64,000 nt of DNA from an uncultured Gemmatimonadales bacterium (GCA_963816355.1 CAWFKH010000003.1:960001-1024000); one strand, 5' to 3'; numbered from the stretch's first letter, positions 19,980 to 34,342 are shown. The notes: generated by a model not told the origin, from the sequence alone. Translations and numbers: made by a program.

Positions 19980-20960
19980 ATGAAATATACATCTCTTATG
20001 ATAGTCCTCCTCGTCCTCGCGGCCCCCGTGCGCGCGCAGACCGTCCAGGTCCGCGAGCTGTGGCACACGAAGGGGCCGCCGGGCGAGCAGTTCTCTTTCG
20101 TGGCGGGGGTCGCGGAAGGCCCCGACGGACACATCTGGATCTCCGACTCACGCAACGGACAGGTACTCTCGATCGCGGGAGACGGCTCGGCGGCGGCAGA
20201 CTTCTCCGCAGCGGCAACGGCCCCGGTGAGGTCGATCATCCGGCCTTCCTCGTTCCAAGGCCGGAGGGAGGCATCGCGCTCTACGACAACAGCCACAACG
20301 GCACGCTCCTCTTCGGCCCCGATGGTGCGATTCGTGCGGCTTGTGCGGTTTCCCTTCTACGTCATCAATCCGAAAGGTTTCGCGGTCCTGGAGAACGGGG
20401 ACCTCCTCGTCAGCGGCGGCGTCCCGGCGAGGTCCACGGCGATGCACCGCTTCGACGCGCAGGGCAAGCTCGTCGCCGAATGGTACGACGTGCCGAAGAC
20501 GGAGGACCCGAGGGCCGGCTGGTACGTCGCCGGCGGCGCCCTCTCCGCGGCCAGCGGCCACAGCTTCCTCTTCTCCCAGGCCGCACCGCACCTCATCCTC
20601 CGCTACCACCCCGACGGCCGCGCCGACACGCTCGCCGCCGATCCCTCGATCCTCGATCCGATCGGCGACGACTTCATGATCAAGGGGCCCACGTCGACCC
20701 GCTTCCGCTGGTTCTTCCCCCAGTCGCGCGGCGTCTTCGAGCTGGCGGACCATCGCATCCTCAATGTCATCACCATCCGCCGCGAGTACCGCTCCATCTG
20801 GCAGGTATACTCGCCCGCGGGAAACCTTCTCGCCCAGACGACGCTGCCGCGCGGCTACGTCGTCTGGAACCTCGCCCGCAACGGCGACCTCCTCGCCTCC
20901 TACCAGGACCCCGACACCGACGAGGACGTCGTGGCGCGTCTGCGCATGCGCGTGCGATGA
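19980..20960 (+). CDS. Secreted 6-bladed beta-propeller, paralog B; two compensating frameshifts (~20200, ~20330)
   Basis: Colinear with paralog A; the segment LLRSGNGPGEVDHPAFLVPRPEGGIALYD lies in an alternative frame. Confidence 0.8.
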   Translation: MKYTSLMIVLLVLAAPVRAQTVQVRELWHTKGPPGEQFSFVAGVAEGPDGHIWISDSRNGQVLSIAGDGSAAADFSAAATAPVRSIIRPSSFQGRREASRSTTTATTARSSSAPMVRFVRLVRFPFYVINPKGFAVLENGDLLVSGGVPARSTAMHRFDAQGKLVAEWYDVPKTEDPRAGWYVAGGALSAASGHSFLFSQAAPHLILRYHPDGRADTLAADPSILDPIGDDFMIKGPTSTRFRWFFPQSRGVFELADHRILNVITIRREYRSIWQVYSPAGNLLAQTTLPRGYVVWNLARNGDLLASYQDPDTDEDVVARLRMRVR

Positions 20961-21032
20961 AGTGTCCGCGGCGCGATTTGGACGGTTCCGCAACCCCATG
21001 CTGCGGCCGCGCGCATCAGTGAGGGAAGGCGC

Positions 21033-21437
21033 GTGATCGTGCTACGCAGCGGCGCAGCACACGGCTACCGAATCGGCCAGTTCGCCGTTCGGCTGCGATT
21101 TCTCCTGCGGATCGCGACGGTGCTCTGCGGAATGGCCTTCCTTGCCTGCCACGCCGAGCGGAGCGGCCGGACTCCCGGCAGCAACTTCTTCCGGCTGCAC
21201 GGCGAATTCGCGATCCAGCAGGACTCCGACCACCTGCTCGCTGCGCCTGTCCCGCTGCTCCGATCCGGCGTCGTAGCCGCCTTGCTGCACTTCGTGCCGA
21301 CAGCGCGTCAGCGCCGGCCGTGTTACTGTATTCCTAGTAATTCGCGTTCCCCTACCCGGTCGAGACGCGTATTCCGTCGCGCGAGATTGCACGAACCACG
21401 GCGGTGGCCGATCGTGTCGGATCGAGTTACTGTGTAG
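21033..21437 (+). pseudogene. Possible remnant of a lipoprotein gene
   Basis: Hydrophobic stretch plus LAC lipobox-like motif, then loss of codon bias. Confidence 0.3.
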
Positions 21438-21509
21438 ATAGTAGAAGCAACCTGCCCGGCCGCGGCGGCGTCCCACGTACGGTTCAGGTCCTTTCTCCAG
21501 CGGGTATCC

Positions 21510-22715
21510 ATGAAGATCACGCGTCGTGCGCTCGTGACCGCAGCGGTCAGCATCGTCGTCGTGGGGGTGCTGGGCGCCGGCGTGTACGCGCGCATCGCGG
21601 CCTCGCGGAGCGCGCAGGAGGGGGCGCAGGGAAGCGATCGGGGGGCCGCGGCGGAGGGCGTGGCGACGTCGGCGTCGGGCACCTTCTCGACGGAGGTGCC
21701 GGTGCCGGTGGAGGGCGCGCGCGCGGTGAAGGACACGCTGGTGCTGTCGGTGACGGCGTCGGGCGAGGCGGCGCCGAACCGGGAGACGAAGCTGCTGGCG
21801 CGCCTGGAGGGGCCGGTGATGGGCGTCGCGGTGCGGGAAGGCGAGGGGATCGCAGCGGGCGCGGCGCTGGTGGCGCTGGACACGACGGAGTACGCGCTGG
21901 CGGTGCGCGAGGCGGCGGCGCACCTGGAGCAGGCGCGGGCGACGTATCGCGAGCAGACGCTCTTCGACGACCGGATCGCGGACGCGTCGGTGCGCGCGGA
22001 GCGGGAGCGGGTCGCGCGCGCGAAGAGCGGGCTGGACGCCTCGGAGGTCCAGCTCGAGAAGGCGCGACTGGACCTGCGGCGCACGCGCGTGAGGGCGCCG
22101 TTCGGCGGGCGGGTCGCGTCGCTCGAGGTGGTGCCGGGGCAGTGGGTGCGGGCGGGGGACCCGCTGGTGAACGTGGTCGATCTGGACCCGATCCGGGTCG
22201 AGGTGCGGGTGCTGGAAGGCGAGGTGGGCTGGCTGCGGCCGGGCGCGCGGGCGCAGGTCACGTTCTCCGCCTTCCCGGGCGAGACGGTCGAGGGCCGCAT
22301 CGCGACCGTGAATCCGCTCGTCGAGGGGGATACGCGCACGGCGCGGGTGACCGTGCTGGTGCCGAACCACGAGCACCGATTCCTGCCCGGGATGTACGCG
22401 CGCGTCGCGCTGGCCGCGCGTCGCTTCCCGGACCGCATCCTGGTGCCGCGCTCGGCGATCCTCGAGCGGGACCGGCGCACCATGCTCTTCGTCTTCGAGC
22501 CGAGCCCGGACGACTCGACCGTGGGCCTCTCGAAGTGGCGCTACGTGACCACAGGCCTGCAGAACGACTCGCTGGTCGAGATCGTCCCCGGCGACGGCAC
22601 CGACATGGTCGAGCCGGGCGAGACCGTGCTGACCGGCGGCCACTACACGCTGATCCACGACGCGCACGTGCGTCTCGTCGCCGACGCGGACACCGCCGGC
22701 GGGAGGGGCTCGTGA
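21510..22715 (+). CDS. RND efflux periplasmic adaptor (MFP)
   Basis: N-terminal TM, VREGE.I..G..L..LD, VRAPFGGRV, FLPGMYARV. Confidence 0.93.
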   Translation: MKITRRALVTAAVSIVVVGVLGAGVYARIAASRSAQEGAQGSDRGAAAEGVATSASGTFSTEVPVPVEGARAVKDTLVLSVTASGEAAPNRETKLLARLEGPVMGVAVREGEGIAAGAALVALDTTEYALAVREAAAHLEQARATYREQTLFDDRIADASVRAERERVARAKSGLDASEVQLEKARLDLRRTRVRAPFGGRVASLEVVPGQWVRAGDPLVNVVDLDPIRVEVRVLEGEVGWLRPGARAQVTFSAFPGETVEGRIATVNPLVEGDTRTARVTVLVPNHEHRFLPGMYARVALAARRFPDRILVPRSAILERDRRTMLFVFEPSPDDSTVGLSKWRYVTTGLQNDSLVEIVPGDGTDMVEPGETVLTGGHYTLIHDAHVRLVADADTAGGRGS

Positions 22716-24181
22716 GCGGACGCCTCCGGCCGCGGGATCGCTTCCGGCCGCGGGTTCGGTTCCGGCCGCGGGTTCGCCTCCGGGCGGCCGCCTGGGCGGC
22801 GGCGCTGCCGATCGCAGCTGCCTGCATCGCGCCGCCGGCCGCCTCGGCGCAGACGAGCGGTGCGCCGGTCGCCGCCGCCGCCCCCGACACCGCCGCCCTG
22901 CCCGACACGCTGACGCTCGCCGGCGCGCTCGCGCTGGCGGAGCGCTACAATCCGGACTACCGCGGCGCCGCCGCGGCGGTGCGTTCGGCGGCGATGCAGG
23001 TCCGCGCCTCGTACGGCGGCTTCCTGCCCACGCTGCGCGCCGCGCTGTCGACCGGCGGGGCGGCGACGCGCGCGCTCTCCGGCACGGATTTCTTCGGCCA
23101 GCCGATCCCGTCGGACTCGCTGCGGGTGAACCGCTCCAGCTCGACGTCGCAGTCGCTCAGCCTGTCGCTCCCGCTCTTCTCGGGCGGACGCCGCTTCTCC
23201 GAGCTGTCGAGCGCGCGCGCGTCGCGCGACGCGGCCGGCGCGGCGGCGGCGGCGGCGCTCGCGGAAGCGCGCTCGGCGGTCGAGACCGCCTACTACCAGA
23301 CGCTGAACGACCGCGCCCTGCTCGTGCTGCAGGACACGCTGCTCGCGGCGGCGCGGGAGCGGCTGGACGCGACGCAGCGGCTGCTGGCGGTGGGCGCGCG
23401 CGACCCGGTCGACGTGCTCGGCGCGCAGGTGGACGTGGCGACGGAGGAGCAGGCGCGCGCGGCGGCGCGCGGCCGCCTCGAGCAGGACCGGCTCGCGCTG
23501 GCGCGCGCAGTCGGCGTGTCCGGTGAAGCGAGGTTCGCGCTGCCGGCGGGCGCGGAGCTGCCGGTGTTCGATCCGGACTCGCTGGACGCGGAAGCGCTCG
23601 TAGCGCGCGCCCGCGACGCGAGTCCGGACGTGATCGCGGCGGCGGCGCGGGAGCGCGCGGCGGCGGAGAACGCGGACGCGGCGCGCGCGGGCCGCTGGCC
23701 GAGCGTCGTCGCGAGCGCGGGCTTCAACCGGTCGACCTCCGCCAGCGACTACGCCGCGCTCTTCGATGGCGGCGCGTTGAACCGCGGCTTCACCTTCGGC
23801 GTGAGCGTGGACGTGCCGCTCTTCAGCGGCTTCCAGACGTCGGCGCGCATCGCGCAGGCGGAGGCGGCGGCGACGCAGGCGTACGAAGCGTCGCGGGGGC
23901 GGCGGCTGCAGGTGGAGGCGGACGCGCGGCGCACGCTGATCGACCTGCGGAACCAGTACGAGGCGGTGCGCCTCGCGGACCGCTCGGCCGGGCTGGCGCG
24001 CGAGCGCGTGGAGCTGGGGCAGCAGCGCTACCGCGCCGGCGGCCTCGGTTTCACGGAGCTGCAGCAGATGATCACGCAGGCGGCGTCGGCGGAGCGCGGT
24101 GCGATCGCGGCTCGCTTCGCCTTCGCCAACGCGCTGGTCCGGCTCGAGCGCCTGGTCGGCGAGCCACCGGCGGCGCGGTGA
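22712..24181 (+). CDS. TolC family outer membrane channel
   Basis: TLTLAGALALAERYNPDY, SLPLFSGG and DVPLFSGF repeats; GTGA overlap with the MFP stop. Confidence 0.9.
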   Translation: MSGRLRPRDRFRPRVRFRPRVRLRAAAWAAALPIAAACIAPPAASAQTSGAPVAAAAPDTAALPDTLTLAGALALAERYNPDYRGAAAAVRSAAMQVRASYGGFLPTLRAALSTGGAATRALSGTDFFGQPIPSDSLRVNRSSSTSQSLSLSLPLFSGGRRFSELSSARASRDAAGAAAAAALAEARSAVETAYYQTLNDRALLVLQDTLLAAARERLDATQRLLAVGARDPVDVLGAQVDVATEEQARAAARGRLEQDRLALARAVGVSGEARFALPAGAELPVFDPDSLDAEALVARARDASPDVIAAAARERAAAENADAARAGRWPSVVASAGFNRSTSASDYAALFDGGALNRGFTFGVSVDVPLFSGFQTSARIAQAEAAATQAYEASRGRRLQVEADARRTLIDLRNQYEAVRLADRSAGLARERVELGQQRYRAGGLGFTELQQMITQAASAERGAIAARFAFANALVRLERLVGEPPAAR

Positions 24182-24194
24182 AGGCGCGCGCCTG

Positions 24195-27100
24195 ATGTCG
24201 CTGCCGCGCCGCTCGATCGGCCGTCCCGTCGCCGTCTCGATGCTTTTCGTCGCGGCGGCCTTCCTCGGCGCCATCTCGTTCCGCCGCCTGCCCATCGACC
24301 TGCTGCCGCAGATCGCCTATCCGAAGCTCGTCGTGCTCACGCGCTACGAGAACGTGGGCCCCTCCGAGATCGAGCGTTTCGTCACCGAGCCGATCGAGCA
24401 GGAGGTCAGCGCGGTGCCGGGCGTCGAGCGGGTCGAGAGCGCCTCGCGCGACGGCCTCTCCGTCGTCACGCTGCGCTTCGCGTGGGGCACCGACATGGAC
24501 TTCGCCGCGCTGAACGTGCGCGAGAAGCTGGACAACCTGCGCGACCGCCTGCCGGAGCGCGCAGAGCGGCCGGCGGTGCTGCGCACCGACCCCGCCGCCG
24601 AGCCGATCCTCGCCATCAGCGTCGCCGGCAAGGGCGACCTGTGGACGCTCGAGGACCTCGCCGAATCCGTCTTCCGCCGCCGCCTCGAGCAGATCGACGG
24701 CGTCGCGCAGGCGGCCGTCACCGGCGGCCTCGAGCGCGAGATCCACGTCGACGTCGATCCCGCGCGCCTCGAGGCGCAGGGACTCACGCTCGACGACGTC
24801 GCCTCCGCGCTCGACGCGGCGAACGTCAGCGCCCCCGGCGGCACGGTGCGCCGCGGCCGCTACCGCTACGCCGTGCGCACCCTCGGCGAGCTGGCGGGGG
24901 TGGACGAGATCGGCACCGTCCTCATCCGCCCCTCGGCGGCGCCGGACTCCGCCGCCGTGCCGGTTCCGCTGCGCGACGTCGCGCGCATCGAGGACGGCTT
25001 CCGCGACCGCGAGTCCGTCGCCCGCTACGACGGCAGGGAAGCGGTCGGCCTGCTCGTCTACAAGGAGTCCGGCGCGAACACGGTGCGCGTGGCGCGGCGC
25101 GTGGACGAGGTGCTCGCGCAGCTCCGCGCCTCCTACCCGGACGTCGACCTCGCCGTCGCGACCAGCCAGGCCGGCTTCGTCGCCACCGCCATCGCCAACG
25201 TCGTGCAGGCGCTGCTGTGGGGCGGCATCCTCGCCTTCCTCGTGCTCATCCTCTTCCTGCGCGACGTGCGCTACCCGATCGCCATCGCGCTCGCGATCCC
25301 GATCTCCGTCGTCGTCACCTTCGCGCTGCTCGACGCCGCCGGCATCTCGCTCAACGTGATGACGCTCGGCGGCCTCGCGCTCGGCGTCGGCATGCTGGTG
25401 GACAACTCGATCGTCGTGCTCGAGAACGTCTTCCGCCATCGCGAAGCGGGAGGCGCCGCGGTCGAGTCGGCCGCCGTCGGCGCCGAGGAGGTGCAGGGCG
25501 CGATCACCGCCTCCACGCTCACGACGATCGCCGTCTTCGGCCCGATCGTCTACGTGGAAGGTGTGGCCGGCGAGCTGTTCGGCGCGCTCTCGCTCGCCGT
25601 CACGTTCTCGCTGCTCGCCTCGCTCGTCGTCGCGCTCACGCTGCTGCCCACCATGGCCGCGCGCTGGAAGGGCGACGTCGCCGCCTCCGCCGGCCGGCGC
25701 CGCGGCTTCCTCCGCCGCCCGCTCGAGGCGTTCGACCGCGCCTTCGAACGCTTCACCGCGGCGTACGAGAGGTCGCTCGCGTGGTCGCTCGCGCACCCCG
25801 GCCGCGTGCTGCTCGCGTGCGCCGCGCTGCTCGTCGTCGCGGGCGCCGTCGGAGTCGGCCTGCGACGCGACGTGCTGCCGCACGTCGACCAGGGCGAGTT
25901 CGACGTGCGCCTCACGCTGCCGCGCGGCACCCCGCTCGAGCGCACCGCGGACGCCGCGACGCGGCTCGAATCGATCCTGCGCGCGGATCCCGCCGTGGCG
26001 GCCGTCTTCACGCGCGTCGGCCGGCAGGCGGCGGTGCAGGGCTACGAGGACGAGGAGAGCGGCCTCAACACCGCGCTGCTCTCGGTGCGGCTGAAGCAGG
26101 GGGCGCACACCGCGCCGGCGCTGTCGCGGATCCGTCCGCGGCTCGGCGCGTTCCCGCCCGGCGAGGTGGCGATCGAGACGGGGACGGCGACGGCGCTCGG
26201 CCGCATTCTCGGCGGCGGCGAGGCGGACCTCTCGGTGCGCGTGAGAGGAGAGGATCTGGACGGCGCGCTGGCGTACGCGAACCGGGTCGCGACGCGGCTG
26301 CAGCGCGTCGCGCAGCTCGGCAACGTGCGCCTCGGCACCGAGCTGGGGCAGCCGGAGGTGCGCGTCGAGGTGGACCGCGAGCGCGCGGCTTCGTACGGCA
26401 TCGAGGCGCGTCGCGTCGCGGACGTCGTGCAGGCGGCGATGCAGGGAAAGGTCGCGACGCGCCTGGCGGACTTCGACCGCCGCATCCCGGTCGTGGTGCG
26501 GCTGCCGGATTCGGAGCGCCACTCGCTCGACGCGCTCGGCGCGCTGCGCATCGACGGCGTGCCGGTGCGCGACCTCGTGCGCACCGTGGAGGCGACGGCG
26601 CCGGCGGAGATCCGCCGCGTCGACCAGAACCGCGAGGTGTCGGTGCTCGCCGACGTCGTCTCCGGCGGCGTGAGCGGCGCGACGGCGGCGGTCGAGGATG
26701 CGCTCGCCGCGCTGCCGCCGCCGCACGGGCTGGGCGTGCGCGTGGGCGGCGAGAACGAGGAGCTGCGGCAGGGCTTCCGCGCGCTCGGCTTCGCCTTCCT
26801 GCTCGCGCTGCTGCTCGTCTACATGATCCTCGCCGCGCAGTTCGAGTCGCTGCTCCACCCGTTCGTCGTGCTGCTCACCGTGCCGCTCGGCGTGCTCGGC
26901 GCACTGCTCGCGCTCGGCGTCACCGGCGCCGGCCTGAACACGCTGAGCCTGATCGGCATCGTCGTCCTCGTCGGCATCGGCGTGAACGACGCAGTGGTGA
27001 AGGTGGACTTCGTCAACCAGGCGCGCGCCCGCGGCCTGAACGTGCGCGACGCGCTGCTCGCCGCCGGCCACGCGCGGCTCCGCCCGATCCTGATGACCAC

Positions 27101-27442
27101 CGTCACGACGCTGCTCGGCGTGCTGCCGATGGCGCTCGGACTCGGACGAGGCGGTGAGCTGCAGCGGCCGCTCGCGATCGCCGTCTTCGGCGGCCTGCTC
27201 ACCGCGACCGCGCTCACGTTGATCGTGATCCCCGTCGCCTACGAGTTGGCGGAGAAGGCGCGCGAGCGGCTGCGCGTCGCGACCGGCGTCGACCTCGCGG
27301 GCGCCGGCTGGCTGTCGCGGCTGCGACGACGCGGACGCGACGGAGTCGGCCCCTCGGCCGGCCTCGCGGCGCACCGCGGCAACGACGCCGCGGCGCCGGG
27401 CGTCGTCGTCCTCGGTCCGGCCGTCGAGGGGGACGGCGAGCG

Positions 27443-27446
<4 letters not shown>
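24195..27446 (+). CDS. RND efflux permease (AcrB-like) subunit 1
   Basis: LPIDLLPQI, GMLVDNSIVVLEN, RLRPILMTT. Confidence 0.95.
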
Positions 27447-30587
<3,141 letters not shown>

Positions 30588-30598
<11 letters not shown>

Positions 30599-30671
30599 AA
30601 CGCCCCCGGGCCCGCGAGCGTGAAACGCCCCCGGCTCCGCGAGCGTGAAACGCCCCCGGCTCCGCGAGCGT
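30588..30671. repeat. 25-bp tandem repeat CGCGAGCGTGAAACGCCCCCGGCTC x3 plus partial, spanning the RND2 stop codon
   Basis: Direct inspection. Confidence 0.9.
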
Positions 30672-30703
30672 AGAAGAAGCAGAAACCCCGGACCGGAGAC
30701 CGG

Positions 30704-31360
30704 ATGGCCCTCTCGCCGCGCACGCGTCGCCTCGCGCTCTTCGCCGCCACGGCGGTGGGGATCGTGCTGCTGTGGAACACCCCGATCCTCTACCCCCTGC
30801 GGATCTTCGTGGTGCTGCTCCACGAGGCGAGCCACGGCCTCGCCGCTCTGGCGACCGGGGGCCGCATCGAGCGCATCGTGCTGACCCCTGACGAGGGGGG
30901 CTTCACGTACACGCGCGGCGGCAACGCCTTTCTCACGCTGTCGGCCGGCTATCTCGGCAGCCTCGCCTGGGGCGTCGCGATCCTGGCCGCAGCCCGCTCC
31001 CGCCGCGCCGGCATCGTCGCCATGGCCCTCGGCGTCGGCGTGCTCGCGTTGACCGCGCTCTACGTCCGCAGCCTCTTCGGCTTCGCCTTCGGGCTCCTCT
31101 TCGGCGCCGTGCTGCTGATCGGCGGCCGCACCCTGCCGCATCGCGCCGTCGCGTGGCTGCTCCTGGTGGTCGGGCTGACGAGCTGCATGTACGCCACGCT
31201 CGACATCAAGAGCGACATTCTGGAGCGCCCCGGCATGCCCTCCGACGCCCGCCTCCTCGCCCAGATGACCCACATCCCCGTCGTCGTCTGGGGCGTGCTG
31301 TGGATGGCGATCGCCCTCGCCGTAAGCTGGACCCTCTTCCGCCGCGCCCTGCGAACCTAA
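30704..31360 (+). CDS. M50B-like membrane metallopeptidase
   Basis: HEASH, SAGYLGS, SDA motifs, multiple TMs. Confidence 0.9.
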   Translation: MALSPRTRRLALFAATAVGIVLLWNTPILYPLRIFVVLLHEASHGLAALATGGRIERIVLTPDEGGFTYTRGGNAFLTLSAGYLGSLAWGVAILAAARSRRAGIVAMALGVGVLALTALYVRSLFGFAFGLLFGAVLLIGGRTLPHRAVAWLLLVVGLTSCMYATLDIKSDILERPGMPSDARLLAQMTHIPVVVWGVLWMAIALAVSWTLFRRALRT

Positions 31361-31436
31361 CCCCCAGACCCCCAGACCCCCCGCAGACCCCCGAACCCCA
31401 CACCCCCCCGCAGACCCCCTCCCCAGACCCCAGACC
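31361..31436. repeat. C-rich degenerate CCCCAGA repeat between convergent genes
   Basis: Direct inspection. Confidence 0.7.
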
Positions 31437-31465
31437 GATTCACCCACCCACCTCCATCCCAACCC

Positions 31466-32473
31466 TCAAAATACCGATATCTTCGGCTTGTACTTCCCCG
31501 GCTCCTTCCTCACATCCTCGATCAGCGTCTGCAGATCCACCACCGCCTTCAGGAGCTGTTCGTAGAGCGCCGGATCGTTCATGAGGCGGGCCATCGTCCC
31601 GTCGCCCCCCTCCACGGCGCCGAGCACGCGGTTGAAGGAGACGAGCGCGGAATCGAGCGCCCCGACGGTGCCGACCGCGCGGTCGTAGAGCGCCGGATCG
31701 TGCAGCAGCTTGCCGAGTGTGCCGTCGCCGTTCAGGGCGACGGCGGTCAGCGTGTCGACGCGCGCGATCGCCGCGGCGGCGTGGTCGTAGAGCGCGGGGT
31801 CGTGGACGAGGCGGCCGAGCGTGCCGTGCGGGTCCTGGATCTGGCGCAGCACGTCGGCGAGCTCCGAGGTGGCGGACGTCATCTGGAGGTAGAGCCCGTC
31901 GTCCTGGAGCAGCCGTCCGACGGTGCCGCGACCGCCGGCGATGGCCGCGGTGACGCGGTGCAGGTCCCCGACCACCAGACGCGCGCTGTCGAGCGCGCTG
32001 CTGGCGGTCTGCAGCACGTTCTCGAGGTCGACGACTGCCGCCGCCGTGAGCGTGTCGCCTTCCCGCAGGATCGGCGTGTTCGGCGTGCCGGGCGAGATGT
32101 CGATGTACTTGTCGCCCAGCAGGCCCTGCGAGCGGATGAAGGCGCGCGAGTCGCGCCGGATCTGCCGCCGCACGCCTTCGTCGATGGCGACGCCGACGGC
32201 CACGTGGCGCTCCTCCGTCTGCTCCTCGAGGGGCAGGAAGTCGATCGCGCTCACCTGGCCCACGCGCTGCCCGGCGAGGGTGACGGGGGCGCCCTCGCGC
32301 AGCCCGGCGGCGCTGGAGACGACCGTGGTGAGCCGGTAGCGAGAGGCGAAGATATCGAAGACCTTGCCCACCTCGTAGACGGCGACGGCCAACACGACGA
32401 GGCCGACAATGGCGAGGATCCCGACGCGCACCATGCGGGCGCGGTCCCTGGCCCGGGCGGAGGCGCTGGCCAT
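31466..32473 (-). CDS. mlaD: MlaD/MCE family protein
   Basis: AAGLREGAPVTLAGQRVGQV, GLLGDKYIDISPG, GTLGKLLHDPALY repeats. Confidence 0.9.
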   Translation of the reverse strand: MASASARARDRARMVRVGILAIVGLVVLAVAVYEVGKVFDIFASRYRLTTVVSSAAGLREGAPVTLAGQRVGQVSAIDFLPLEEQTEERHVAVGVAIDEGVRRQIRRDSRAFIRSQGLLGDKYIDISPGTPNTPILREGDTLTAAAVVDLENVLQTASSALDSARLVVGDLHRVTAAIAGGRGTVGRLLQDDGLYLQMTSATSELADVLRQIQDPHGTLGRLVHDPALYDHAAAAIARVDTLTAVALNGDGTLGKLLHDPALYDRAVGTVGALDSALVSFNRVLGAVEGGDGTMARLMNDPALYEQLLKAVVDLQTLIEDVRKEPGKYKPKISVF

Positions 32474-33391
32474 CAGCTCAGGAACGCGTTGATGTAAGGA
32501 TCGTTCGCCGCGATCATCTCTTCGGGCGTGCCGTCGAAGCGGATCTCCCCCTCCTTCAACAGGTTCACCCGCGTGGCGACGCGAAAGCCGGCGCGGATGT
32601 CGTGACTGACCACGAGCGACGTGACGCCGAGCTCCGTCTGCAGCTTCCGGATCAGCTTGTTGATCGTGCCGACGGTGAGCGGATCGAGGCCGGAAGTCGG
32701 CTCGTCGTAGAGCACGATCTTGGGGTCGGTCGCGATCGCGCGTGCGATCCCGACCCGCTTCTTCATGCCGCCCGACAGCGAGCTCGGAAGCTGCCCCATC
32801 ACCTCGTCCGGATCGAGGTCCACGAATTCGAGTCGTTCCCGGACCGTTCGCACGATCTCCTCCTCCTCCAGTTCCTTGCTCTCGCGCAGCGGGTAGGCGA
32901 CGTTGTCGAACACGGTGAGGGAGTCGAAGAGCGCCGCGCTCTGGAACACCATGCCGATGCCGCGCCGCAGCTCGAGCGCCTCGTCGAAGCTCATCTCCGT
33001 CACGTCGCGGCCGAACACCTCGACGGTCGCCGCGGTCCGGCAGCAGGAAGCGCAGGATCAGCTTCAGGATCGTCGACTTGCCGGTGCCGGACTCGCCCAC
33101 CACGAGCAGCGTCTCGCCCTCGCGAGCCCGCAGGTCGATGCCTTCGAGCACGGGCCGCTCGAAGGAGAGCCAGACGTCCTCCAGCGCGATGACCACCGGC
33201 TGGTCGGCCAGCTCCTTCGCCTGCACCGGGCGCGGCGGCTCGTGCGTGCGAAGCTCCGAGCGGATCGCCTCGATGTGACGCTCGCGCTCGACCTGCGGCG
33301 GACCCTCGGCGTCCGCGCCGGGCTCATCCCGCCCACCGTCCGCTGCCGCCGGCTCCCGCGTCCGCTCCTCTTCCACCAGGCCCTCTCTCAC
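32473..33391 (-). CDS. mlaF: MlaF-type ABC ATPase; apparent frameshift ~33030
   Basis: Walker A GESGTGKS in one frame; FQSAALFDSL, LSGGMKKRV and YDEPTSGLDP in the next. Confidence 0.88.
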
Positions 33392-34203
33392 AGCGGCGGC
33401 AGCAGCTCGAGCAGGAGCTGCGTCAGGAAGTAGTCGACCGCCAGGATGAGGATCGCCGACATCACGACGGCACGCGTCGTCGCCTCGCCCACGCCCTCCG
33501 TGCCGCCTTCCGTCGCCAGGCCGTAGTAGCACCCGGTCAGCGTGATGATCGCGCCGAACACCAGCGGCTTCACGAGTCCGCTCACGAAGTCGCGCGGAAA
33601 GACGCCGAAGACGAAGCCGGACTGCGCGATCGTCTGCCAGATGCTCGTCAGGTAGATGTCGGCCGGGATCTGCATCCGGAAGACCGCGATCAGCAGTCCA
33701 CCGAAGATCCCCACGACGTCCGCGACCACCGTGAGCAGCGGCATCATCAGGACGCCCGCGATGAGGCGCGGCGTCACCAGCTTCTTGATCGGATCCGTGC
33801 CGAAGCTCTGCAGCGCGTCGATCTGCTCCGTGACGCGCATCGAGCCGATCTCGGCCGCGATGCCGGACCCGACGCGGCTCGCGACCATGAGCGAGCTGAG
33901 CACCGGCCCCAGCTCGCGGATCATCGACGCGCCCACCAGCGCTCCCACGTAGATCTGCGCGCCGAAGCGGGCCAGCGAGATGGAGCTCTGCAGGGCGAGC
34001 ACCATGCCCGTGAAGAGACCGGTGAGCATCACGATCGGCAGCGAGCCCACGCCCAGCCGGTCCATCTGCGTCACCGTGTCGCGCCAGTAGAACGGCCGCG
34101 CGGCCACGAATCGCGCGGCGCGGCCGCCGAGCGTGAAATACTCCTGCACGCCGATCGCGATGCTGCGCATCCAATCGTCGACGACGGCGACGACCCGTTG
34201 CAT
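33388..34203 (-). CDS. mlaE: MlaE ABC permease
   Basis: IRELGPVL, AEIGSMRVTEQIDAL, GGTEGVGEATTRAVV. Confidence 0.93.
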   Translation of the reverse strand: MQRVVAVVDDWMRSIAIGVQEYFTLGGRAARFVAARPFYWRDTVTQMDRLGVGSLPIVMLTGLFTGMVLALQSSISLARFGAQIYVGALVGASMIRELGPVLSSLMVASRVGSGIAAEIGSMRVTEQIDALQSFGTDPIKKLVTPRLIAGVLMMPLLTVVADVVGIFGGLLIAVFRMQIPADIYLTSIWQTIAQSGFVFGVFPRDFVSGLVKPLVFGAIITLTGCYYGLATEGGTEGVGEATTRAVVMSAILILAVDYFLTQLLLELLPPL

Positions 34204-34342
34204 CCGCGCTGTCTCCTTCGGCGAGGGCGGGCGGCGTGCGCTTTACAAGCGGAGAGGCCCCGCGTACGTTCGGCCCCGATTGCGCGTTCGGACCCCCCGC
34301 AGACACAAGTTCCGTGCCGAACACCACCCCGCGGCGCTCCGC

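Noticed and set aside
15554..21001. Diversity-generating retroelement (orphan repeat as TR, propeller 3' ends as VRs)
   Set aside because: The copies are essentially identical, the two differences are not at adenines of the putative TR, and no reverse transcriptase is in the window
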